Shown piece after piece: positions 24,946-38,049 of a DNA stretch of 64,000 nt. The position numbers were made by a program, and so were the translations under genes. The stretch is from Octopus vulgaris (taxonomy: Eukaryota). Position 1 is the first letter of the stretch, and each line of letters starts with the position of its first letter. Under the pieces are notes generated by a model. It ran no database searches. It was not told the DNA's origin and was given only the letters and a program-made list of their open reading frames with translations. The stretch is taken from assembly GCA_951406725.2 (NCBI GenBank), contig OX597819.1, positions 89,900,001 to 89,964,000 of the forward strand, written 5' to 3'.

Positions 24946-25318
24946 CAACATGAAATACGAGAACGAATGAGTTGAATACGCAAACAACGAGAGAAAGAAA
25001 TGGAAAACAGAACAAGTAACAGTTCTCGGCTGCCTAACATTCATACACAAACAAACACACACACTTACTCACACTGGACTCCCTGCTGTTTTTGTATCTG
25101 AAGCTCTCTTACATGGCATTGGTCACTCTAGAGCAGACACTTGCCCAAAATATTTTGCAGTGGACTGAATTTGAAAACATGTTGGGTGCAGCATGAACTT
25201 GCTAATCACACAAGCCATGCTTGCATGCGTGTACACACACTTGCATAAATTATTTAAAAAATTAGTGGTTGTTTCCTTTCAGCTTTTTTGTTGTTGTTTA
25301 TTGTTTTCTTCTTTTGGT

Positions 25319-26125
25319 GGCAGACATAAAGAATGTGGACCGCACCTGCTTTTTTTTTTTTAGTGGCTGTGTGGTAAGTAGCTTGCTTACCAACCACATG
25401 GTTCCAGGTTCAGTCCTACAACGTGGCACCTTAGGCAAGTGTCTTCTACTATAGCTTCGGGCTGACCAAAACCTTGTGAGTGGATTTGGTAGACAGAAAC
25501 TGAAAGAAGCCCATCATATATATGTGTATGTATATGTGTGTGTGTGTATGTGTGTATGTTTGTGTGTCTGTGTTTGTCCCCAAATATCATTTGACAATCG
25601 ATGCTGGTGTGTTTATGTCCCCATAACTTAGCAGTTCGGCAAAATAGACCGATAGAATATGTACTAGGCTTACAATGAATAAGTCCTGGAGGTTGATTTC
25701 TTCAACTAGAGGTGGTGCTCTAGCATGGCCGCAGTCAAATGACTGAAACTAGTAAAAGAGTAATCCCCCATTTTCAAGTACGGAGATCCTGATTCTAAAA
25801 AAAAAAAACAGCATTTTAAAATTATTTCCCCCACCCCCAACCTCCTCCCAAATTCTTCAGTTTACACTTTTTTCTTAAAAATTGAAACTTTAGAAAAATT
25901 TATTTTTTTCAGAATCATTATCTCTGTATTTTCCTAAGTATTTTGCAAACAGAAATTTCTGAAAAAAGTGAAAATTGAAGAATTGATGGGGAAATTAAAA
26001 TTTTAAAATGCTGTTATTTTTGGGGTGGAGTTTTGCAGAATCAGAATCTCCATACTCAGAAATGGGAGATTATGTTAAAAAAAGAAAAACGAAAGGGGCT
26101 GCGGTCCGCATTCTTTACATCTGCC
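25319..26125. mobile_element. Merlin-like MITE containing a SINE
   Basis: TIR GGCAGAYRTAAAGAATGYGGACCGCA at both ends; 8-bp TSD CTTTTGGT (25311-25318, 26126-26133); GG termini plus an 8-bp TSD are typical of Merlin. Confidence 0.7.
25363..25760 (+). mobile_element. CORE-like SINE (dominant family)
   Basis: Full head-to-tail copy. Confidence 0.85.
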
Positions 26126-26234
26126 CTTTTGGTTACTGTTTTGACCCGAGTGGTGAGGGTTTTGGACTCGTGATTGTAAGATTGTGGTTTCGATTCCTGA
26201 ACTAGGCAAACAGTGTTTGACCCGAGCAAAAAAA

Positions 26235-26860
26235 CGTGAAAAAAAAATGCACGCTGGCGAACAGGGGGAGGGGCGGTGGAGGAGAGGATTCGGAAAATTC
26301 ACACGATCAATCTCACAGAATCCAAAAACTCAACGTTAACACCTGGTCACAAAATTTTTTTTTAAATAGTGTAATAGGTGTAAAACAACATGTAGTAAAC
26401 AAATATGAAAGAAATGCATGCTGGCAAATGAGGAGCAGGGGAGAGGACTCAATATTAACACCCAGTCACAAAAAATGAAAAAAAAATAGTGTCGCTAGCA
26501 CACATTTTTTTTCATATTCGTTTACTACATGTTGTTTTACACCTATTACACTATTTTTTGCGTTTTTGAGACCAGGTGTCGAAGTGGGGTAACTGGATCA
26601 TGTGAATTATCTGAGTCCACACCCCACCCTCCATCGCAAAAAATGAATAAAAAAATAGTGTACTAGGTGTAAAATAATGTTTAGCAAACGAATATGAAGA
26701 AAAAAATTGCTCCGATGAACAGGCTAGTGGTGAGAGGACTTGGAACATTCCTGATGTGAATTTTCCAAGTCCTCTCCCCTGTCCCTGCCAGCACACATTT
26801 TTTTTTCATATTCATTTACTACATGTTATTTTACACCTATTGCACTACTTTTCAAATACT
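26235..26860. mobile_element. Foldback-like element with alternating inverted ~65-bp units
   Basis: AAATAGTGTAATAGGTGTAAAACAACATGTAGTAAAC unit at about 26364(+), 26500(-), 26652(+) and 26795(-). Confidence 0.55.
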
Positions 26861-27899
26861 GGAATTTGACAAAATTTTTTTTTTTTTTTTTGGTTACTGG
26901 GTGGCTAAATAAACCCAGAAAAGCTCAAGCTTATATATATATATTTATATATATATATATACATGCGTACATATATATTATACATACAAACATATATATA
27001 TGCAGTTCAACCCATGCTAGCATAGAAAGCGGACATTAAACGATGATGATGATATATATATATGTATGTATATATTCACACACACATATACAGATATATA
27101 TCATTATTGATTCACCATCATCATTCTAATGTACACAATGGGCCAGACAATTCACTGAGGCAGATTTTCTACAGCCAAATTCCCTCCTGTAATCTCATTT
27201 AATCTCTGTGGTTTTGACTTTATCTTGCCACTGTGTGTATTGTATGAGAACAAGAGAGTTGGGCCTGATGTACATGTATAACATGTATACATGCAGCTCT
27301 TTCTCACTTTAATAAACCTTGTGCTAATCTAGCATCGGTGTCTAGCAAATAAGACTGTATCACACAGTATTGACAGACCGCCAACCAAAATTCAAATTGT
27401 CTTGTTGTGATAGCTGAGGTATTTCATACATCTGTGTCAATGAAATATCACCACTTCCATAGTTTCAGGTGCCAAGATAAAGTTTTTTTCTCAAGTCATA
27501 CCAACACATAAAGACCGGTTTCCTGGTTTTCATGGCATATATATTCCCCACTTGGACAGGACACCAATCCTTTGCAGGATTACTCATTTTTACCAGCTGA
27601 GTGAACTGGAGCAATGTGAAATGAAGTGTTTTCCTGGAGAACACAATGCATTGCTCAGTCCAGGAACCAAAACCACAATCTTACAATCATGAGTCCAACA
27701 CCCTCACCACTAAGCCATGTATCTGCACCAGGTGCAGAGAAGGTGTAGTTGTATATGATGAAGCAGTTGCGGTTTTTCTGCCCCCATATCATGTAAGTTC
27801 ATCTCCTGCTGAAGTGCTACATAGTTAAGGTCTTCATTGATTAAACACCTTGGAGCCACAGATGATGGACCTTTGTTAGCTTCTGAGGGAGTTTCGCAT

Positions 27900-28357
27900 G
27901 GCATCCGTGCTAGTGGAGCGCTAAGAGTACCATACAAGCAAGATTGTTGCCAAAGCAACAAACTGGCCTCCATGCCGATGGCACATAAAAAGGCACCATT
28001 CGAGCGTGATCGTTACCTATGTCGCCTTACTGGTACTGGTGCTGGTGGCACGTGAATAAACATTCAAACGAAGTCGTTGCCAGTGCCGCTGGACTGGTTC
28101 CTGTGCAGGTGGCACATAAAAAGCACCATTTGAGCGTGGCCACTGCCAGTACCGCCTGACTGTCCTTCGTGCAGGTGGCACGTAAAAGCACCCACTACAC
28201 TCTCAGAGTGGTTGGCGTTAGGAAAGGCATCCAGCCGTAGAAACTCTGCCAGATCAGATTGGAGTCTGGTGCAGCCATCTGGTTCGCCAGACCTCAGTCA
28301 AATCATCCAACTCATGCTAGCATGGAAAGCAAATGTTAAACAATGATGATGATGATG
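27900..28357 (+). mobile_element. RTE-type 3' UTR with five tandem ~60-nt units and (GAT)n tail
   Basis: Repeated GTGCNGGTGGCACRTAAAA(A)GCACC, then the family tail. Confidence 0.75.
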
Positions 28358-28936
28358 AAATAATATCATTTCTGTAGCATCAGGTGCAAGAAGGTATATT
28401 ATTGGCAGGAGTAACAGTTGTGATTTTTTAGTCCCTTCCCTGGATGTGCTCCCTGCAGTAGTGCTGTATAGTTGAAGTCACTATCATCATAGATCAACAG
28501 TGGATGAACACAGTAACTTTAGGTATTTTCTTCTTGTTTCTTCCTCATTTCTTTTTCTCTTCTTTCATACATTTACATTCTTTTTTTTTTTTTGGCAGTT
28601 GCTAAGTCATTGTCAAACCTGATAGACTTACTATCTCTCATTCATCGTCACATAAATAAATACATTCATATATACATACATTGGAGTTTCTTAGGGTTTT
28701 AGGTGTGTGTGTGTGTGTATGTATATGTAAGTGCATGTGTGAGTGTGGAAGAAATATAACTAAATACATGAAAAATATAAATATATATATTGTTTTTAAT
28801 TGGCAGAAAAGTTACAAAATTAATACTAGGGCCAAGAGTTTATATATATATATATCTACCTGTATGGATATAGGCAATGGCTAGGGTTTTATGTATATAG
28901 TATATATGTGTGTATGTATGTGTTTGTGTATATATG

Positions 28937-29095
<159 letters not shown>

Positions 29096-29817
29096 ATATA
29101 TATACATATAGCTACATGTGTATTTGTGTGTTTGTGTAAAATTCTATGGCTCTATAAATTCATTGTACTCTTTCTCTCTTTCTCTCAATATATAGTTACA
29201 AATACACACACACACATGTCTTTTATAAATGAGTTTATATATGTATATGTGCATGTGTCTTTACATACAAATATATGAATACATATGTATGGATGTATAT
29301 GTGTCTGTGTCTGTGTGTGCAAGTACAAAAGGTGACCAGCTGTAAAAATATCTGTCCCCATAAACATGTTTTACTCTTTCACTGAAATATATAAAGTGAT
29401 ATTTTACATACAGAACCACAAACATGCCTGTCTTTCTTTCTTTCTTTCCCTCTCTTCCTCACATACACACACACACAGACACGCATGCACACACATACAC
29501 GTACAATAAGACAAGTTAATAACTTATCTCTTGCCAGTATTTTGTCCAAATGGCCAAGTGCCAAGTGTGTCTACGTTGACTTCACTAACCCATGCTACTG
29601 TTGGGTAACAAAGATTAAAACAATGGGCAACAATAAAACAGTCCATTCACCTACTGTTATTAATTTTGCTTGGTTTCCTTAATGGACACCCTTTGTACTT
29701 GGAAATTCCCCCCTCCCCATCTTCACCATTTTTTTGTTTGTTTCCATAGCATCACATTAATGTTTGGTAACCATAAAGATTATAGCCAGTATAGATATTT
29801 ATTTTGTATATATGCAT

Positions 29818-29862
<45 letters not shown>

Positions 29863-30137
29863 AGGTCACCAGATATCCAGATCAAAGGAAAACAGTTCAT
29901 ATCTTATCACTAGTTGAGATATTGCAGTTTATACACTTCTTGTCAAAGGTTGGACATCTTGATAAAAGCTTGTGACTTGTCACCACTTAATAGCCATGCC
30001 TTAAATTCACTGTTTGACTTTATAGCGTATTGTCAAAGGTTGACCCTTTACAATTTGTCACCAGGTAAGAGGTCAAAGGCTCATTTATTGTCAACAGGTA
30101 GCCATCCAGGTAAGTGATTGATAGTTTGTTCCATTGC

Positions 30138-30357
30138 CTTTTAGCATTAGATTACTTTGTCAAATATAATACTTGTTTATTTACATCATTTTAAATTAAT
30201 CATGCATTTTCTCATACCTTCAAGATTTTGATGAAATGGTCGTTTCCTTTGAATGATATTTTAGGATAGGTGTGAGGGGTTAGATGTGTCTGGTTTGAAC
30301 ATAAGACACATAGAATATTTGAGCCAGATATGACCATTTTAAATGCTAAAGGGTTAA
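30138..30357. mobile_element. piggyBac-like MITE, second family
   Basis: CCTTTTAGCATT...AATGCTAAAGGG|TTAA; same family as in the 57390-58680 array. Confidence 0.6.
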
Positions 30358-31019
30358 CATTAATACTTCTTTAAATCAGTAAACAAGTTACTTAACTTAC
30401 AATAACTCAAGTCCATCTCATTTTATGTGGGTACTACAAGGTAGCTTAATTCTGCACTGGTTCATTGATTAATTTGCAGTTCTAAATTCAATTCCTCCTA
30501 TGAGAAAAGCTATTTACAATATTGGTATTCTATCCAGGTGGAAATGTATCTCTCATCTGTATAGCACAAGAGAAAATGACATTGAGTCTTATTGTCTGGA
30601 AAAGATACTTATGGAATCTTTTGATCTGGAAAGGGTTAACTACATAACAGAAGTGGGATGGAGAAATTGAAGAAATGATAGTTTGGCAGAATCATAAGAG
30701 CAGCAAAAAAAAAAAACAAACCCTTAAAGAACTTGTTCTAGTTCTTTAAGTTCGAATCTCACTAAGATTGACTTTGCTCTCTAAAAGGTGTCAAGCTGAC
30801 AGAATCATTAGCCCATCAGACAAAATGCTTAGAGGCATTACTTCTGCCTCTTTATGTTCTGAGTTCAATTATCATTGAGGTCAACTTACCTTTTGTCCTT
30901 TGAGGGTTGAGAAAATAAACTACTAGTCAAGTATTGGGTTGATGTAATTGACTTCCCCCACCCTCAAGATCGCTGGCTTTGTGCCAAAATTAATAAAGAA
31001 TTTTTACTCTACTTAATCT

Positions 31020-31153
31020 CTTTCTCTCTTACTCTCTTACTCTCTTTCTTTCTCCCTCATTATCTCTATTTCCCCCCCTTCCCCTCCTTCTTCCTCTTTT
31101 TCTTTCTCCCTCATTATCTCTATTTCTCTCTCCCTCCTCTCTCCCTCTCTCTG

Positions 31154-31250
<97 letters not shown>

Positions 31251-31255
31251 CTCTA
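31020..31255. repeat. Polypyrimidine/(CT)n tract
   Basis: Seen directly. Confidence 0.95.
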
Positions 31256-31921
31256 TCTATATATCTATCTAGTTATCTCTTTGAATTTAGTGTTCCAGTC
31301 TCACTAAGTCAACTTTGCCTTTCATCATTTCAAGACACACTGAACTTTGAAATGGCTCAGTCCACTTAGCTGCAAGTAGGTCCCACATGGTAGGAACAAC
31401 TCTAGTTGAAAGCAACTGTATTATCACAGTGAATTGTTTAATGTCTCATCAGCCTGCAGTACAGGGCACCAATTGCCTACAAAAGAAAGTCAGCAGCAGT
31501 AGAATGGTGTCCTGTTCAGGTTAAAATATTTTTCCTCTTCAATCAACTTGATACAATAAGAACCAACGTCAGTTCAGTGATATTTATATGCAATTAATTA
31601 ATTATACACACTTCCTCAATTATTGGATATTTTGCTTTTTCTAATCAAGGGAAAATATTAAAAACAATAGAAAGTCCCAAAGCATTTAATATGGTATCTT
31701 TTTCATTTACATTTAACCTAATTATTCTAATTTTAATTCATGGACTTAGGTACAATCAGTCTTAATATTTTTAAAGTTAGTAAAAGGCACAGGTGTGTGG
31801 TTGAGAAACTTGCTTTACAAACATGTGATCTTGGATTCAGTCCCACTATGTGACACTTTGAGCAAATGTCTTCTACTATAATTCCGGGCCAGCCAAAGCC
31901 CACATAATTGTGTGTATATAT

Positions 31922-32325
31922 ACTCTTTACTCTTTTACTTATTTCAGTCATTTGACTGTAGCCATGCTGGAGCACCGCCTTCAGTCGAGCAAATCGACCC
32001 CAGGACTTATTCTTTGTAAGCCTAGTACTTATTCTATCGGTCTCTTTTGCCGAACTGCTAAGTTACGGGATGTAAACACACCAGCATCGGTTGTCAAGCG
32101 ATGTTGGGGGGACAAACACAGACACACAAATGCACACACACATATATATATATATATATATACATATATACGACAGGCTTCTTTCAGTTTCTATCTACCA
32201 AATCTACTCACAAGACTTTGGTCAGCCCAAGGCTATAGTAGAAGACACTTGCCCAAGGTGCCACGCAGTGGGACTGAACCCGGAACCATGTAGTTCGTAA
32301 GCAAGCTACTAACCACACAGCCACT

Positions 32326-32330
<5 letters not shown>
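31922..32330 (-). mobile_element. CORE-like SINE, young full-length copy
   Basis: CpG-retaining reverse-complement copy. Confidence 0.85.
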
Positions 32331-32387
<57 letters not shown>

Positions 32388-33016
32388 TGTTGTTGTGTGG
32401 TAAGAAGCTTCCTTCCCGACCACATGGTCCCAGGTTCAGACCCACTGCATGGCACTTTGGGCAAGTGTCTTCTACTATAGTCTCAGGCTGACCAAAGCTT
32501 TGTGAGTGGATTTGGTAGACGGAAACTGAAAACAGCCCATTATATGTATATCGTCATTGTTGTCATCATGATCACTGCTTCCACTGTCATTGTTGTCTAA
32601 TGTCCGTGTTTCATACTGGTATTGGTTAGACGGTCTGACAGGATCTAATGTGTCCAAGGACAGCATTGTGCTCCAATATCTGTTTTGGCTTGGTTTCTAC
32701 ATCTAGATGCCCTTCCTAATGCCAACCACTTTACAACATGGATCAGGTGCTTTTTTTCATGCCACCTGAACGATTGAGGTCACCATACAGCTTGCAGAGT
32801 TACACACTGGAGGTAGGGGGTCAGCTTCATATTAGCAAGCAAGGGATTGAACTATGAGAAGGTGGTGAGGAAGTGCAGGTTCTTGTGGAGGGTTTGCATG
32901 GCTACTCACATCTAGAAAGAAAAGGAGAGAGAAAGAAAAATGAACAGTAGGAGTTGCAGGAGACAGATAATGGTGATGTAGTGCCTATAGATGGTCTCCC
33001 TCTTCCATATGTTCTT

Positions 33017-33432
33017 ATTTCTTTTATTGCCCACAAGGGGCTAAACATAGAGGGGACAAACAAGGATAGACAAAGGGATTAAGCCGATTACATCGACCCC
33101 AGTGTGTAACTGGTACTTAATTTATCGACCCCGAAAGGATGAAAGGTAAAGTGGACCTCGGCGGAATTTGAACTCAGAACATAACGGCAGACAGAATACC
33201 TATTTCTTTGCTAGCCACAAGGGGCTAAACACAGAGGGGACAAACAAGGACAGACAAACAGATTAAGTCGATTATAACGACCCCAGTGTGTAACTGGTAC
33301 TTATTTAATCGACCCCGAAAGGATGAAAGGCAAAGTTGACCTCGGCGGAATTTGAACTCAGAACATAACAGCAGACGAAATACCGCTAAGCATTTCGCCT
33401 GGCGTGCTAACGTTTCTGCCAGCTCACCACTT
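33017..33432 (-). mobile_element. Dimeric MetaSINE-like element with TSD
   Basis: TTCCATATGYTCTT at 33003-33016 and 33433-33446; two tandem monomers. Confidence 0.8.
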
Positions 33433-34139
33433 TTCCATATGCTCTTCTTCACACGGCTGTCTTCATTCATATGCATCTCCTGTCCATGCCAGTGCAGTCT
33501 TCTTTCCTTGCACACAGCAACTGTTTCCTCTAATGCCGAATTTTTTAATTATTATTACTATTTACAGCATGGATTAGGTACTTTCTTCATGCTACCTGTG
33601 CTATTAAGGTGAGGAAGTGCAGATTCTTGTGGAGGGTTTACATGGCTACTTACATCTAGAAAGAATAAAATGAACTGTAGAAGTTGCAGGAGACAGATAA
33701 TGGTGATGTGGTGCCTAGATGGCCCCACAAAGCACAATGTCAGTTGAAGAATTTGTTTGCAAGATTGTATAAGAAGGAGAATTATGAGATTCGGGAGACA
33801 GACTGCCAGAATTGGTAGGGTTGAAGGGCAGATGAGTTGGGGCAGTTAGAGGAATGCAGAAGGGATTTGGGTGTGGTGTGAGGCATGCAGTAGGAGTAGT
33901 GAAGATGATACAGCTATTGGTGAGAGTGGAAGACAAGAGAGAGATGACATGGCTGGTAGTCTGCAGGAGCTGCAGTGGGGCAGGGCAGGGAGAAGAGACA
34001 GGTCTAATGCATTGGTGGTAGGAATGGAGATGAGTCACTGTAACATGGGTGGAGAGCACTTTACATAAAACTTCCAGAACTCAGTTTTGCTGACAAGGGT
34101 GGGTCTTTTCAAGAACTTCATATCAACAGAGATCCTGGT

Positions 34140-34355
34140 CCTTTATTATCTCCTTCATCAGGCTCAGGTTCTTGTGGTCAGTCTCAACTACTTCTCTTCA
34201 TGTCTTCCTGGGTTTCCTTCCATATGTTTTGGCCACATTTAGTAATCAGCACTTCTTCACACAGCTGTCCTCATCCATATTCATCACATGTCCATACCAG
34301 TGCAGTCTTCTTTTCTTGCATACAACATCCGATTCCTCTAATGTCTAGTTTTTCA
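34140..34355 (-). pseudogene. RTE LINE C-terminal fragment (a second piece lies at 33447-33540)
   Basis: EKLDIRGI...RLHWYGHVMNMDEDSCVKK...GRKPRKT*REVV matches the RTE RRLRWxGHV..GRPRKTW motif. Confidence 0.7.
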
Positions 34356-34358
34356 GTT

Positions 34359-34390
<32 letters not shown>

Positions 34391-35444
34391 TTTACTTTTC
34401 CAGTTACTTCTGTGAAAGTGGACAGCAACCTGTTGTCAAAAGTTTCACAAGCTCTTTCCAATGGCTTCCATGCAGTTTCCATCTATAATATTTCACTTGC
34501 AAGGTTTTGGCCAACCCAAGGTCTGTGGCAGAAGACATTTGCCCAAGGTGCCACACAAATATTATTTGATAATATAAATATAGCTAAAGACAAAATATGA
34601 AAGATAAAAATCAGTTAATTTTATCAGATTCTCTTCCAGGAACAAAAGGAAATATGTGAAATTTCTGACGAATATCTCATAAAAGAAATGGCATACCATT
34701 ATAGTTCCACTTGTTACTCATGTGCAAATAATGCAAATATTTATTGTTCTACAGGTTATGTGTTTATACCAGTAAAATGGTTTCAAATATTTCCATTTAA
34801 AATTTCTTTCAGAATGAGAACAGGATATAGTGTGCATATATTTGTCTGTATGTATGTGCTTGTGTGTGTGTGTGTGATTGTGTTAGTGCAGTATGTGTAT
34901 TTCAAGAATGTCTTTGATAAAGTGTGTTTTATATTTTTGTATTTCGTGTCATAATGTTTTAATATCAAACTTGATAATATCCCATTAGTTATTGTTCTGA
35001 TATCATCAGTTGGTTTATATGTATCTTTTCAGGAATTAAGAGTTGGTGAAAAAGAACTTCATTTCCAAATTGTTATGGCTGTCAATGGAAACCATAAAAA
35101 TCTGAAATATAATTTTCTCCATATTCATTAGTGCTGATACTAATTGTTGGTTAATTGCAGCATCCAGTTAGCATTGTTTGGCAATAAATGAACCTTATAA
35201 TTATTGTGGTTTTCTAAGTGCAACTGATCAACTGATGTATTTACCAAACTAGTGACACTCAATAAATGTGTTCTATCTTAATGTTCTTGTTGTTGTTATG
35301 CCAATAACTAGATAGCCATGTCAGAACTTAGCTTTTCATAGTTTCTTTTTCTTTCTTATTCACTAAGAATTGCATCAGTCCTGTTTGAGTAGATCTGTAA
35401 TCAAAAATGTTTCACCTATGATCATCCAGTATTCTTATATCGTT

Positions 35445-35648
35445 TATCTTTTATCTTTCTCATGTTTCAGTCATTATACTGCAGCCATGCTGGGGCACTG
35501 CACTCAAGAAATTTTATTTGGATGAATTGACCCCAAGACTTATGTTTTTGATGCAGGTACTTTTGTCTGTCTCTTTCACTGAACCAGTAAGCCACAGGAA
35601 CGAAAACACACAAACATCAGTTGTCAAGTGGTGATGGGGACAAACACA

Positions 35649-35686
<38 letters not shown>

Positions 35687-35855
35687 TTCACCTGATGGGC
35701 TCTAGTCAGTTTCTATCTACCAAATCCACTCACAAGGCTTTGGTTGGCCCAAGGCTATAGTAGAAGACACTAGCCCAAGGTGCCGCTCAGTGGGACTGAA
35801 CCCAGAACCATGTGGTTGGGAAGCAAACTTCATACCACACAGCCGTTCCTGCACC
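35445..35855 (-). mobile_element. CORE-like SINE
   Basis: Diverged full-length copy. Confidence 0.75.
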
Positions 35856-36315
35856 TTATATATCCAGGATTTTAAAAACTATATCAGGCACAGAAGTGGC
35901 TCTGTGACTCAGAAGCTTTCTTCTGAACCATATTGTCTTGTAGTTCAGTTCCACTATGCTCTACCTTGGGCAAGTGCCTTCTACTATTGCCCTAGGCTGA
36001 CCAAATCCTTAAGAGTGGATTTAGTTGACAGAAACTGAAAGAAAATGTAAGTGTGTTTGTCTCTTTGTCTTGACATTACGCAATAGTTGTAAGTAAGTGT
36101 CACCATCATACAAGCAATGTCCTTCATTTCCAATCTTCTGTGAAAACATGTCTGGTCATGGGGAAATATTAACTTACTTGGAAACAGGTGAGGGTTGGTG
36201 ACAGGAAGGGCAGCTGGCCATAAAAAATCTGCCTTAGGAAATTCCATCTGACCAATGGAAAAGTGGACATTAACACAATGACAACTACGATGATGACAAT
36301 GATATTTCTTCATAA

Positions 36316-36675
36316 AGGCATGCCTGTGTGGTAAGAAGCTAGCTTCCCAACTACATGGTTCTGAGTTCAATCCCAGTGTCTTCTACTAAAGCCTCAGGTT
36401 GATCAAAGCCTTGTGCGTGGATTTGATAGATGGAAACTGAAAAAAGCCTGTCGTATATGTATGTATATGTTTGTGTGTGTGTGTTTGTCCTCCCGCCATT
36501 GCTTAACAACTGATGCTGGTGTGTTTATGTCCCCGTAACTTAGCACTTCAGCAAAAGAGACCAATGGAATAAGTATTAGGCTTACAAAGAATAAGTCCTG
36601 GGATCGATTTCATCACCTAAAACCCTTTAAGGCAGTGCTCCAGCATGACTGAAACAAGTAAAAGAATAAAAGAAT
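36316..36675 (+). mobile_element. CORE-like SINE
   Basis: Head, body and tail. Confidence 0.8.
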
Positions 36676-36997
36676 ACAATTTCTTTAGACTGGTACCTCA
36701 TCATTTAACACTTTAGAATTTAAACAAACCATATCTGACCCAAAATATTCAAATTGTGTTATGTTCAAACCTGCCAGATCTGGCCTCTTATATCCATATT
36801 CTAAAAATAAACAATCACATCATCAAAATCTCGAAGTTGTAGTAAGAAGCCTACTTCCCAACCACATGGTCCCAGGTTCAGTCCCACTGTGCATTACCTT
36901 AGGCAAGTGTCTTTTACTATAAACTCAGGCTTACCAAATCCTCATGAATGGATCTGATAGACAGAAACTGAAAGAACCACTTGTATGTATATATATG

Positions 36998-37033
<36 letters not shown>

Positions 37034-37049
37034 CATATAGTCTTTTATA

Positions 37050-37570
37050 TGTTTCAGCCTTGGGGCTGGGGCACCACCAGTGTAATCACCTTTTAATTGG
37101 CCAATTATATGGGATTGGCTTTTGGTGAAGGAGGGAGTCTGATACCACTGCCCTCTTTTGAGTTTCCTCGCTTGATATTGGTTCATTCGGGATCTTGGAT
37201 AGCAAGAGGTCAAGTTGTTTCTTGAAAATATCTACCCCCACTCCATGGAGATCCCTCAGTTGTTTTGGCAAGAGGTTAAACAGCTGTGGGCCCTTGAATC
37301 CCAACCTATTACAGTACTTGGTCCTCACCTTAGATGTGACAAATAGGACTTTTGGAACAGTGCAGTGACATCCAATTCGAGGTCTGGTATAACACTCAAT
37401 TCCAAAGTTTGGTGCCAGCCCCTCCAGTATCTTCCACACATATATCATTGCATACCTCTCCCATTTTGGCTCCAGGGAGTACATTCATAGCTCTTTCAGT
37501 CTCTCCCAGTAGCTCAGCTGTTGCCTTGATGCAATCTTCCTCGTGTAGTATTGCTGAACCACCTCAAGTT
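37050..37570 (-). pseudogene. Older 5'-truncated CR1/L2-group LINE 3' end
   Basis: YSLEPKWERYAMIYVWKILEGLAPNFGIE...LGFKGPQLFNLLPK.LRDLHGV is homologous to the C-terminus of the 43-46 kb LINE; similar tail. Confidence 0.85.
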
Positions 37571-37647
37571 CTGCTATTAATCCTACAGTGTAAGGTGATC
37601 AGAGTTTAGAGCAGATATATATACATATGTATATATATATATATATA

Positions 37648-37707
<60 letters not shown>

Positions 37708-37858
37708 CTCAGGCTCGAAACATTAAAGACTTTTTCAATTCCCGAGTGTTATACTAATACATCTGTTTGCTTTCTACACCACCTGTCTTGGTTTTTTGTT
37801 TTTTCGTGAATTCTCCCTATATATATATATATATACACACACATATATATATACATAC

Positions 37859-37905
<47 letters not shown>

Positions 37906-38007
37906 TATACATATATATACATATATATACATATATATATACATATACATATATATATTTATATATACATATATATACATATATATACACATACATATAT
38001 ATATATT

Positions 38008-38040
<33 letters not shown>

Positions 38041-38049
38041 CTGTATGAG

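Noticed and set aside
27900-28357. CRISPR-like array or HDV/twister ribozyme tandem
   Set aside because: Eukaryotic retroposon context and the spacers are mutually related. No HDV nested double pseudoknot or twister consensus could be fitted.
33715-34059. 114-aa Pro/Thr/Ser-rich ORF
   Set aside because: Compositionally biased, no motifs, and embedded among RTE fragments and a local duplication (32860-33000 vs 33608-33725).
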